From Selaginella moellendorffii (lineage: Eukaryota > Plantae > Lycopodiophyta): a stretch of 64,000 nt of DNA. The translations under genes were made by a program, and so were the position numbers. The notes beneath the pieces were generated by a model that ran no database searches, was not told the DNA's origin, and was given only the letters and a program-made list of their open reading frames with translations. Below, piece after piece: positions 34,715 to 46,707 of the stretch. Position 1 is the stretch's first letter. Each line of letters opens with the position of its first letter. The stretch spans positions 1,185,498 to 1,249,497 of the forward strand of contig NW_003314292.1 of the NCBI RefSeq assembly GCF_000143415.4, given 5' to 3'.

Positions 34715-37230
34715 AATTATGCTGCTACAAAGGAGGAGTAAATTACTCTACCAAGAAAATGAATGAAAAGAAGAAAAAAAAAAGAAATAAAAAAAGAAAA
34801 ACTTACAAAAAAGAGAGATCTAGGTGATGGACAAGTTAGATTTAAATTAGAAAACATAAATCTAAGCACTCCTTAAGGATCAATGAGTGAATGAAATATA
34901 AAAGCCTAAAATTATTAAATTATTTAGTCTAATCTGAATCCTACTATGCTAATAATAGCATTTAGCATCATAGCTGTATATCTGAACCTCACAGAAGATA
35001 ATGATTAATTTATTAATTAAATACTTGTACTAGTTTTAAATTTAAATGTTATTTATCAATTAAAATATACTAATGATTTCATTTAATATAATTAAGATAC
35101 TAAAAAAATAATAATTTATTATAATTTTTAAAACTAAATATAATTATGCCTTTAATGATTTATAGATTAAATATTATATAATAAAGTTTAGGTAGTCATT
35201 ATTTTTTAATTAAGAAAATTCACTTTATCCATAGTCTAGATCATTTCAGATTCAATAAGAAGTTTTTAGAAATTTACTATACTAGGTCAATGAAGAAAGG
35301 TGTTTAAATGTATGTAAAGAAAATTTAGTCTCTTGTTATTATATATAATTGTTAATTTATCGAATGCGCAACCACCTCAAACTAGATGGATTGGACTGTT
35401 TGGTCTTTTTGGTAATCAACATATTTTCAACAAGTTATGATTATGGTTTATATCACTCCTTTAGGTTTTAGAAATTTTTCACTTCCTGATAATTATCAGT
35501 TTTCTGTGTTAGAAGAACTTTTTTAGAAATGCTAAGATTAGTAGAATATCATGCAAGATTACATGGTCTAGGAATGATTGAAACCGTATATAGATAATTT
35601 TCTATTGATTTTATTGCACTTGGAATAAATTCTGTGAGAGATCCTCATGAGCCATATTCTGATATAGGTTATCCTAATCTATCTCTTAATATTTTATATA
35701 GTAGATTTGATGTTTTTTTTTACAATGTTGGCCATATTGAACACAACTACTTAACAGTCCTCTAAATTTTTATGGCACATTTATAATAAATAGTAATAGT
35801 TTAATTTCTTCTAATAATAAATTTCGAGCTAAATTAGAAAATTGTAATTTTGTTATTGATGATATTGAAAAAATCAAAAGTATATGGTCTACAATATCAG
35901 AAAGATCAAATATATTTTGTTATCTTCATCTTCAACTAGATGGTCATTTACTTATAATAGATAATAACAATAACATTATATGGAAAAATAATATATTTTG
36001 CTCAAACTGCATAGTATTTGCAATTTTAAAAATAGAAGATACTGGACAATTAATAGTAACATTTTATGAAAAAGTTTTTAAGAAGATAATCTGGAGGAAT
36101 AATAATCTTAATTAAATCATGTTTTCATTAATTTCTAGGTTAATTCGTTTTACATTATTAATAACAAGCATTTTATTGCTTTAGAGGTCATCTCGGAAAG
36201 ATTCACTCTTCTTCTTGTGGCTCAATCCTCTACGTGCCACTGGTTCCAAGCAGCCACTGCACGACGAGGAAGGGGATCACACGCGCGATTGCTCCAAGCA
36301 CTGTCCAAGGTAGGAGACAATCACAGCCCCTTTTCTGGGTGATGCCTGTTGAGGCTAAGAGAACAATCAAGACCGCCAATCGTATTGCTAGATCTATAGC
36401 CTTGGAACGATATGGTTATTTAAAATTCGTATAAGCTGCTAGATTATATGTACACCTGTGAGATTAAAATTTTACGATGCAAAAGCTTATTACCCATTAG
36501 CAAGATCATCGTCAAGAGCATCCTGGACCTCACCACACACCCCGTCTTCTTCCGGAAACGCATCCAAATGAACCGTGGCTCCACTCTTTCGCTGCTGGGG
36601 CATGTAGTTGACGACTTTCTCTAGAAAGTCCTTGAGGCTCGAGCAAAGAATAAGCTCCATTCCGTCCACCTCGACTCCTTTAGCACCCTGTGGGACGATG
36701 CATTTCTTGAAACCCAGCTTGGATGCCTCAAACAGTCGCCTTTCGAGTTGAGCTACCTGCATGGACGGAATTTCCAGCATTGAAAAGTGAGAAACCACGT
36801 AAGAACTTACAAAGCGCAGCTCTCCCCCGAGTCCTAGCTCACCAATGAAGACTGTGTCCCGAGGAACCGGCCTTTCTATATAGCTGCAAGCAAGACGAAG
36901 CTCGTGAGTTGGTATGCCCAGCTAGCCGAGAGAAAGTACCTGCTGGCAATAGCGACGGCAACAGCAATATCTGTGGCGGGCTCTTCCAAACGAAAGCCTC
37001 CAACGACATTAACAAAAATATCCTAGAGCAATATTTCAGCATAAGAACTTTTGCTATCACAAAGTATAGAACGCACCTGTCTTGCAAGTCTCAAGCGCGC
37101 TTGTTTGAGTAAGACCTGGCATCACAGCGTCAAGCCTCACAAAAGTGGAGAATATTTATGGAGTGACTTATGGCAACAATCAGATTGAATCGAGATGGAT
37201 CCACTCCAGTGAACGTTCTTTTACTTGGCA
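34715..37230 (+). repeat. Segmental duplication, partner about 57290-60025
   Basis: Collinear matches through the lectin pseudogene and the RadA 3' exons. Confidence 0.88.
35420..36115 (+). pseudogene. Very AT-rich intronless pseudogene with a C-terminal bulb-type (B) lectin domain; second copy at about 57600-58430
   Basis: Stop-free frame 35741-36115: SLISSNNKFRAKLENCNFVI..SIWST..CYLHLQLDGHLLIIDNNNNIIWKNN..ILKIEDTGQLIV..IIW. It lacks a start codon, so it is absent from the ORF track. Confidence 0.7.
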
Positions 37231-37909
37231 GTGAAGTGGCAGGAGAGCATAAGACCTGCAAAACGCGCGTTCATGCCGGAGAAAACTTTAGCTTTTGATC
37301 GTTGTCAGATACGCGTCTCGGTTTTAAAGTCAGATCATGGCAAGTCAGAGAAACTGTTGTTGGCAGTCCAGCTCACTCGAAACTCGGGAAATTCCAAAGA
37401 ATCTACCACCGGTCTCTCGTTGAACCTGGAAAGCTAGAGCAGCCAGACAACGCTCAGATTTGGCTAAAAGTATCATCATCCAGCGTAAATCCTAGAAGTC
37501 GCTTACCTGGATTTCAACCAGCAGCGGCCGAGATCCTTCCAAAGCCACCCCAACGGTGGCTGATGCATTAGTGTCCTCCCCAGTTCTATCAGAAAGAAAC
37601 ATCAAACTGGGATTTTCTACCGCTCGTAAACCGTTGTCGACCATCTCAAACACGCCGACCTGTAATAAAGATAAAACAGCGAGATTCAATTTAAAAGCAA
37701 ATGCTGAAAGACAGTCACCTCTTTCGTAGAAGCGAAGCGATTTTTTAGTGATCTTAGAAGCCGTTGAGACAAAAGACGGTCTCCCTAGAGACAAGAAATA
37801 TAAACGAACAAAGATAGAAACCTCTTACCTCCAAGTGAAGATAAACATCAACCATGTGCTCCAATGTACGTGGCCCCGCTATTTCTCCAGATTTCGTTAC
37901 ATGCCCAAT
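36490..37909 (-). pseudogene. RADA: C-terminal half of DNA repair protein RadA/Sms; lacks the N-terminal zinc finger and Walker A; one splice donor mutated
   Basis: Exons [21 protein letters not shown] / [13 protein letters not shown] / VGVFEM..LEGSRPLLVEIQ / DIFVNVVGGF..EPATDIAVAVAIASS / FIGELGLGGELR / RRLFEASKLGFKKCIVP. Donor reads ATAAGT at 37171. Confidence 0.9.
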
Positions 37910-37954
37910 CTTTATATTGCCGAACATCTAATGCAAGAAAGAAAGAGAGCTTAC

Positions 37955-39472
37955 CACCAGTGAAGATATCGACACCGTAGAGTAGACGAATTGAAGTCAC
38001 AGTTTGCTCCAGGAGTAAGAACTGTTATCCCAGAGGGAAGGTTTACAGTCCAAGGAGGAGTTTTCAGGCTCTGAAAGGAAAGAGATTAGTGAGACCAAAA
38101 CTTTTACCATATGCTTACATCCAGGTTGAAAACATGCACAATGGGAAGACCATTTTGTCGTCTGTATAAGATCAAATGCTTCGCAAAAATATCCATATCC
38201 TCTATCCAATTTTCGCTCTCGACTGGGACAACCTCTTAAAGTGTTTCAGTATTTGCTGTGAAAAAAACGAGAATTGACTTACCTCCCACGCCTTCGAGGT
38301 CAAGCTATCTGTCTTGCAGCGGACAAGCCGATAGTTGTTTCCTAGCGACGCTAGCTTCTTGTCGCCCAAAAAATTGGTAAGAATATACAGGTGCTCTTCA
38401 TGGTGTTCCACGAAATACTGGATGCCATCAACTCTATCTGCAACTTTCCGCAATGTTGTGGCTGAAGTTTTCGGATCTACCAGAAAAACCTGTCCTGTAG
38501 AGGCTCGAGCAACACATTTGTGAAACCCAATTACCTCAGAGGACGTCTTCGAGTTGACATTAATCAAAACGTACTGCCAGTTTTTGGTTCTTGTAACATC
38601 AACAAAGTTCTTTGGATTGTCGTCGTGATAAATTGCAATGTCATCATCTTTAGATCGCAAGTTCCACAACAAAACCCTGTCGAGATCGAGAAAAAATGAT
38701 TCTAGAAGAAACTTCAACTAGAAACCTGTGAGGTCGATGTGCCACATCACTACAAGTGTAGTAAAGATATTCTCCAGTATCAGACCACTCCACGCTTACT
38801 ACACCATCGGTTTTGTGCTCCAGGAGGAGGCTATCAGTTTCCAAGTCTTTGATAAACAATGTGAACATCTCGTTGCCACCCAAGTCGATCGTGTATGCTA
38901 ACAGTTTGTGGTCTCTGGATAGTTTAAAAACTCCAAGCTGCGCATGGCCTACACTTGTGTAATTAGGAAGAAGAGAGAAACAAGGAAAGATCCTCAAAAC
39001 TTTACCGTGCTCGGCAGCAAGCTCATTGATGTCGATCATAACTTCACTGTTCTTGTCAAAAAAACTTGTAAAGAAAGCCTTCAGCCTTCCACCTTGGCGG
39101 GCTCTTCGTCTCGAGTAGATGGGAAACTGTTTCCCTTGCGGGATATGCACAAAATAGTACCTACATTGTTTCTAAGTTCCTCAGCTAGGCAAAAAAAAAT
39201 CAAAACGAGCAAGGAAGAACTCACCAATCCCCCCAGCGCTCTGGAGGCGATGCGAGCTCCTTCTCCATCCTGCTCGCCATTTCCTGGCGGATCTGGCACT
39301 GGAGCTCCCTTGTCCCAGCCATGGTCGACTGCGCGTGCCAGTGGTAGGGATCGTCCCATGTCACGCCGTGGCGCGTCTTGGGGAACGATCTCCTCAGCGC
39401 CGCAGGAGCGAATTGCCGCAATGCGCGATCTGGAAGAGAAGAGAGTGCGCGAGAGAAGCGGCAAAGCGCCAT
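37955..39472 (-). pseudogene. ptrB: N-terminal beta-propeller half of oligopeptidase B (protease II, S9A); catalytic domain absent
   Basis: Seven exons with HGVTWDDPYHW, PERWGDWYY, GKQFPIYSRR, LLAYTIDLGGNEMFTLFIKDL, RPHRV, NVNSKTSSEVFL, IEDMDIF and PGANCDFNSSTLR. Confidence 0.9.
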
Positions 39473-39559
39473 AAAACCCTAGACCCTGCTTGGCAAGCAT
39501 ATTCCTGGAACCTTTCAAGCTCGCAAAATGGCGGGATGTTTAGAACCATAGTAGGGTTT

Positions 39560-41000
39560 TGGAATTTCTCCACGGTTCTCGCCTAAGGCGCAGTGGCTCT
39601 CTTCTTGCCTGTGCGAGCAGATCGGAGCGTCTCAGTTACCGGTAGACTCTCGCGCCGAGAAATGCTTCGCGCAGCTCCTCCGACGCTCCAGAGGTCCAGG
39701 CGATGCACTTATGTTCTACAAGTAAGTGGAAGGTTTCTATAGCTTTTCATCGATGGAAGCATAGCACACAGGTAGATGAAGCGGTGGACATTTTCAAGGA
39801 TCACTACCAGGAAGGAATTGGAAGTCGAAGCTTGAAGCTATCCATGACCGATGATGCTCAACGAGTTTTTGGCATTGAGTATCGTCCTACCCCACAGCTC
39901 AAAGTATTACAAGTCTTTGCCTTGAATTTTCTTTTCTTCCAATGCGAAAGGAATGTCGGGGGATGTTTCTTCTCGTCCCGGAAATTGTTACTGTTCTTGG
40001 AGGACCTTGAAGAGGCTCGACAGAGCGTGGTACATAAAGTACACAAACCTCCTCGGGGAAACAGGTAAAGTTTTCTTCTTCAAGTACTAGTTAAGGATAT
40101 TTGCAGGCACCCGCGTGGTACTACTTGGAAGAGCAGCTTACACAAGCTGCCTGGCCCCGAACTCCAAGAAAACAATGGCGCTGCAGCCAATCCTGGAATG
40201 AGCAGCAACCTTCTTCGACTGTTCGTGATCATCCATATACAGGTCTAACTTTGCGCAGTGACTGCGTTTGCTTATTTTGATTTTCTGGCTCTAGGCAAGC
40301 ACCTGTTTCTATAGAAGATTTTTCTCGCGGTTCGGATTCCTACAGTGAACAAACACCAAGTAAACACAAAGAAGGCCTTTCAAGTTTTCTCTCCATGCGT
40401 AGTTCTTGTTATCTTCACTTCAGAACAGCATCGGACCTGTCGGCCTGGGAACTTCGCGTATTCGTATGCTTTTCCTCCAATCCAATCAGGAAACCAGGAG
40501 TAGAAGAAAACTTCGCAGTAAGTTTTATGATCTTCACGTCCATTTTTCAGCCGCAGACAGCCTGGAGTCCCCTCCCTTTACGTCTGGCAGTTCTACAGAG
40601 GCGGTTTTTGGAGTCCGGTGTAGTTCAATCAGGCCGAGTTAAGGTAATAAAAGAAAAGAAAAGAAATTGTTTTCTGAGCAAGGATGCATACCAGCTCGAA
40701 GATGAAAGCCTTTTAATGGAAGCTCTAGTGAACCACGAGCAATTCTGTTTAATCAAGAATGGTCGCCGATTATGCAGCTGGTTGAGAGGATGATCGGACA
40801 CTCCCCGTTGGATGTAAGTGCTGCTATAGAACGTCAAGCTTTTCTCAAGAGATACCAGGTGTTTTCTACAAAGGCACACATGAGATATTCTCTTCTTAAG
40901 CGTGTGGTGATCTTTTATGTTCTCCAGCATAGGGTTGTGGCCGTGAACGACTATCCGGAAATGGATGGAGGCTTCTTGCGCGAGTTGAAGCTCTTCCAAT
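39560..41000 (+). pseudogene. RMI1: RMI1 pseudogene with many deletions
   Basis: Collinear with 43318-45213 but has lost the start and carries multiple internal deletions. Confidence 0.88.
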
Positions 41001-41242
41001 TTGCCGCCAGGATCATCAGCGATCCCTTCCACTATATTGAATTTGACTGTTCCCATCAAGAGAATAGAAAAGAAACTTCATAACTTGCAAAGACAGTACT
41101 TGCATTGCTATAGAAAATCTTTCTCGACAAGAAGATCATTGTCTCACAAAAAAAATTCCACCCGGTGACCAAGCAAGCAAAGTTAGTACCTGTACTCTTC
41201 AATCAAAAACGATGCTTACCGAACTGGTGCTGGCTTTTGTTC

Positions 41243-42165
41243 TTAAGCTGCACGAGCTTTTTTCACGATCAAGTCGCTGCCGCTGGGAAGACTCCTCTTC
41301 ATTCCACAGCGCCTGCTGCGTGTCGTCGTCTCGATCTTGCTACTGCTGCTGCAATGCTTCACGATCCAGGGATGTGCAAGCACACGGTCCAGCGTTACCT
41401 CTTGCTCGGTTCGACAGCTAACATCCCCTGGAGAAGATCCTCCGCCTGGTCCGAGCCAAAACCAGTTGGAAATGCTCCCGCTCTCAAGAAATCGATTTCC
41501 ATTCTCGATTTGTGACCTTTCAACAGCTCGTACGCAATGACTCCCAAACCCCACACATCAATGGCTGCCGTGTAGAAGTTCTGTGATTCTCCCTTGCGGC
41601 CCTTCCTCGCCATCACCTCTGGTGCCATATACTTTTCCGTGCCACAGTACTTTGACATCTCCCTGTGCAGGTCTGTGGCTATCCCGAAGTCTCCAATCAG
41701 AACATCGTGCACACCAGTGGCATTGAGCTTGACAAGAATGTTCTCCGGCTTGAGATCCCGGTGGATAATTCCCCTGGAGTGGATCTCCTTGAGCGTTTCA
41801 GCCAACTTCTTGATGGTCTTCGCTGCATCCTCCTCCCTCATCGGCCCACAGTTGATCAATCCCTCGCATAGGTTTGGGCCGCACAGCTCCATGACGATGG
41901 TGCCATAGCACTTGGCACCATCTCTCTCCCGGACAAAGCCCTTGAAGGAGACGACCCCAGGGCAGGCATGAAGCTTGGACATGAGCCGAGCTTCTCTCTC
42001 GGCATCACTCCCCGATCGAAACAACTTTCCAGCATATGTGTTGCGGCCATTATGGATCATGAAAACCTGCCCTTGCCCTCCACATCCCAGCCGCTTGCCC
42101 CTCATGTAAAACTTGAGAAGCTCACTACAGTCATCCTCGCTCAACTCACCGGTGTCACGCGCCAT
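41243..42165 (-). CDS. Intronless Ser/Thr protein kinase (CAMK/Aurora-like), with a 1-nt frameshift in subdomain XI
   Basis: Motifs GCGGQG, YAGK, EREA, HRDLKPEN, DFG, APE and DVWGLG. After EPSKR the tail (L)TLDRVLAHPWI continues in another frame (about 41395). Confidence 0.88.
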
Positions 42166-42722
42166 CGCTCCCAGACCTTCTTGCTGAATGGAAGACCTAG
42201 CTTCTTCAAAACGGGTTTATATCGACGGCTGGGATGATGTTTGATGGACGGTGGCGATTTCATGGGACAAGGCCAAGTAGTGACGCTAGTGTCTTCTCGC
42301 CCAAAACATTGGACTCTATCTGTTTGGAGATAAGCCATCCGGATGAGGTGGGAGGATACTACCACTACACCAGCTGCGCTTCACCATGGAAAAACCTGAG
42401 TTATACGAGGCAGTGACAAAAATTTCTCTAAGTTCTGCTATAAACTAAGTCGTCACAAAACGTTTGGTCTTATGAGCTCGATGCTTTCAAAGACGAGTTA
42501 TATGTTCCTGGATTGCTGTGTTGAATCATGTGTTGGATTATTAAACTTGTTGCCACAGGCCGTTGGCGGTGGCCTGTGGTGAGCTCTTCCCTGATTTTTG
42601 TTCTAGTCGCTTTGTTTCCTTTCCTGGTCTCAGAGTGCCGAATTTTGTGAATCTCATTCATCGCAATGCAGGTCCTTTCGATCGATCATCCTCATGATAG
42701 CTACGACGAGAGAACGAAGGAT

Positions 42723-43226
42723 AGATCCTCAAAACTTTATCGTGCTTCGCAGCAAGCGCATTGATGTCGATCATCACTTCACTCTGCTTCTTGTCGAGAA
42801 AATTTTGTCAAGAAAGCCTTCAGCCTTCCACCTTTGCGGGCTCTTCGTCTCGAGTAGATGGGAAACTCTTTCCCTTGTGGGATCTGCACGAAATAGTTCC
42901 TACATTGTCATTAAGCTTTTCGTCTAAGCCAAAAACTAAAAAGTTCAAACGGGAAGAACTCACCAATGCCCCCAGCGCTCTGGCAGCGACGCGAGCTCCT
43001 TCTCCATCCTACTCGCCATTTCCTGGCGGATCTGGCGCTGCAGCTCCCTTGTCCCAGCCATGGTCGATTGCGCGTGCTGATTCGTCCGAATTTCGCAGCC
43101 AGTGGCAGGGATCGTCCCATGTCACGCCGTGGCGCGTCTTGGGGAACGATATCCTCGGCACGGCAGGATCGAATTGCCGCAATGCGCGATCTGGAAGAGA
43201 AGAGAGTGCGCGCGGCAAAACACCAT
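42723..43226 (-). pseudogene. ptrB: Second, truncated oligopeptidase B 5' fragment (exons 1-2), frameshifted
   Basis: Homologous to 38985-39472. Exon 1 goes out of frame after ARAIDH. Confidence 0.85.
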
Positions 43227-43317
43227 AAAGCCCTTGCTTGGCAAGCATATTCCTGGAACCTTTCAAGCTAGCAAAATGGCGGGATGCTTAGAACCCTAGT
43301 AGGGTTTTGGGATTTCG
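43227..43317. promoter_or_regulatory. About 90-bp divergent intergenic region with an inverted telo-box pair
   Basis: AACCCTA-G-TAGGGTT at 43292-43306, between the head-to-head ATGs. Confidence 0.55.
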
Positions 43318-45213
43318 ATGGAGGAGCGGGTTGTGGAGATTATGGCTTCTCGCGGAATGCGGCCTAAGGCGCAGTGGCTTTCTTCTTGCCTGCGCGAGCA
43401 GATCGGAGCGTCACAGTTGCCGGTAGACTTGTGCGCCGAGAAATGCTTTGCGCAGCTCCTCGCTGCCGATTTCAATCTCGTCACCGATGCTGTGCTTCCT
43501 CCAGGGGTCCAGGCGATGCACAAAGTGGAGCTAGCGGGCCCTTTCGTTCTACAAGTAAGTGAAAGTTTTTCTATATTTTTTTTTATCGACGGGAGCATGG
43601 CACACAGGTAGATGAAACGGTGGACATTTGCTGCGGCCTCAAGGATCGCTACCAGGAAAGAAATGCTGGAATTGGAAGTCGATGCTTGAAGCTATCCATG
43701 ACCGACGGTGCTCAACGAGTTTTTGGCATTGAGTATCGTCCTATCCCACAGCTCAAAGTCTTACAACCAGCTGGTTTGAAGGTACACGTTCAAGAAATCC
43801 TTTAAAGTCTTTTCCATGATTTTTCTTTCTCCCAACCGCAGATTTGCGTAAGGAATGTCTGCATCCGGAGAGGGATGTTTCTTCTTGTCCCGGAAATTGT
43901 TACTGTTCTAGGAGGTGTTGTCCAAGAGCTTGAAGAGGCTCGACAGAGAGTGGTACATCAAGTAAACAAACCTCCTCGGGGAAACAGGTAAAGTTTTCTT
44001 CTTCGTGTACTAGTTAAGGATATTTGCAGGCACCCGCGTGGTACTACTCCACCATCGTTGGAAGAGCAACTTACACAAGCTGCCTGGCCCCGAACTCCTG
44101 ACGTCCAAGAAAACAATGGTGCTGCAGCCAATCCTGGAAGTGAGCAGCAACCTTCTTCGACTGTTCGTGATCATCCATATACAGGTCTAACTTTTGCACA
44201 GTGACTGTGTTTGCCTTCTTTCTTTCGTTCTTCTATCCTTGTATTTTGATTTTCTGTCTCTACTTTTTTGTCTTCAGGAAGGCAAGCACCTGTTTCTATA
44301 GAAGATTTTTCTCGCGGTTCATATTCCTACAGTGAACAAACACCAAGTAAACACAAAGAAGGCCTTTCAGGTTTTCTCTCCCTGCCTAATGCTTTTGATG
44401 TTCACCTCCAGGACAGGACGAAACTACGCATCGGACCTTGTCTGGCACACCTTCCGAGACTTCTATCGGCCTGGGAACTTCGCGTATTCGTATGCTTTCC
44501 CTCCAATCCAATGAAACCAGGAGTAGAAGACAACTGCGCAGTAAGTTTTATGATCTTCAGATTTTCGTGACATATGCCCGTCCATTTTTCAGCCGCAGAC
44601 AGCCTGGAGTCCCCTCCCTTTACGTATCTGGCGGTTCTACAGAGGCGGTTTATGGAGTCCGGTGTAGTTCAATCAGGCCGAGTTAAGGTAACAAAAGAAA
44701 AGAAAAAAGAAAGCACGATTCGTTTTCTGGATACAGTGTTTCCTTACAGCCGTGAAAGAGTTCCTTTTCAAGGATCGCAATGCATACCGGCTGGCGATAT
44801 ACATCGAAGATGGGAGCCTTTTAACAGAAGCTTTAGTGAACCACGAGGTAAAGCTTCAATTCTGTTTAGTCAAGACTACGGTCTCCGATTTTGCAGCTGG
44901 TTGAGAGGATGATCGGACACTCCCCTTTGGAAGTAAGTGCCGCTATAGCGAGCAACGAACACGCGCGAATGAAATCAAAGATGAGAGAACTTCAAGCTTT
45001 TCTCAAGAGATACCAGGTATTATTGTTTTTCTTCTTGTACTTTTGACTGGTTATTTTCTTCAGGGATACATGGACATAGAATTTGGGGACATCGTGAGGG
45101 TTGTGGCCGTGAATGAATGCCTACATGCATCTGGAGATGGATGGACCCTTCTCGCCCGAGTTGAGGCCCAAAGCTCAAGTAGTATGGAGATGGACTTGTT
45201 TAATATTAATTAG
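43318..45213 (+). CDS. RMI1: RecQ-mediated genome instability protein 1, multi-exon, most complete copy
   Basis: WLSSCL..FAQLLAADF..LAGPFVLQVDETVDI..RCLKLSMTDG..FGIEYRPI..PAGLKI..RRGMFLLVPE..VLGG (OB1) and PFTYLA..GRVKCFLTAVKEF..IEDGSL (C-terminal OB). Possible +1 frameshift or alternative acceptor near 44045. Confidence 0.9.
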
Positions 45214-46158
45214 AAGATATTATTATTATATCACTCTAATAAATAGTATTAATGTCCTTAAATCTAAATGATGAAATTAATTTGGCATTCAATAAAGTAC
45301 AATTAAAAGTTTTAAACACAGTTGAATTTTATACATAATTTTTTCCATTAAAACTAATTAAGTGTTCAATGTTTGATTCTAGGAATAACATTTAAAAAAT
45401 ATTATATATTATGTTTGCTATCACAAAGTAAATCATTATAATACATAAGAATTACTTTAAATAAAAATGCAAATGAATTGAATTTGACATTGGGCTGCCT
45501 ACAAGTGGAACAAGAATGGCATTATAACTCCTATTATCATCCCCTTGCAAAGTATAAAATAAATTATTTAGAGTTAATTTATTTTCCCAATTTTATCATA
45601 TGTAATTTGTTTAATATTAAGTGCTCTAGCAAGTTAGATTGCAAATTTATAAAATTTGACATGACATTTAATAGGTTGATCCTCCAAAAATTATGAATAT
45701 GTAACATTTAAACCACTTTATACAAGGGAGTAGGAATAAATGGCATTATTTACAGATTCACTGATGCCTCTTCCTAATATTCTTCTAGATTCCAACCCTT
45801 CTACTAGAGAACCTTAATTTTTTTTCATCATTATGAGAGGAAGGGATGATGTGAAGTCCAAGTATACAATTATAATGCCATATACTAATATTAATATAGT
45901 GGGATTTTGATAGTTGTTGAATTGATTTCAATCTAGATTATTTGCTCATGTATATAATCTAAGGTTTTTGGGCTAATTGATATGCACATTTTTGTATTCC
46001 ATTTTTATATTCTATGCACTCACACTAGAAATTAAATTAAATATATTTTAATTAAGATTATAATTAAAATTATTCCTCCACATTAATTTTATAAATTGTA
46101 ATATAATTTTCTGGTATCATACAAATATTATGCAATTTAGGAAAAATATATAATTTTC

Positions 46159-46190
<32 letters not shown>

Positions 46191-46707
46191 AAGTAAATGA
46201 CCATCTAATATATGAAAGCTTTAAAAACCTAATATTCTATTAATAATTACTACAGGTTCGGTATTACTATAGTAACTAGCAAAAACAACTCATAATATAT
46301 TGTTAGAATTATCCAATTGTATCCCCATTATCAACATCTTAGTAGCACATTTTACAAAATTGAGCTATAAATTCAAATATTTAGATAGGTTTTTAAATAA
46401 TCATAAAAGTCATCAAACAACACATGTCAACCTTTTATAGCACTTATTGAGTATACATAACATTATTAAAATTCATTTTTCAAGAACATTTTTCCAGGGT
46501 ACTTAACCATTAGCAAAAATTACAAAAACTCTAACGTAGTTATAAACTAAAACAAATGCTTAATGACAACATTTCATGTTGTGCTGTTGTGCAATCCCTA
46601 CCCTCCATTTGATAATGGTCCAGATCAGATAATAGTGGTTAAAAGAGTCAAACTTTCATGCTTTGCTTGTATACATATTTAGGGTTCGTCACCGTCATCG
46701 CTGCACC

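Noticed and set aside
35730-35745. TGA shared by both lectin copies as a sign of an alternative genetic code
   Set aside because: A single case, and TGG is used for Trp throughout. CGA>TGA deamination before duplication is simpler.
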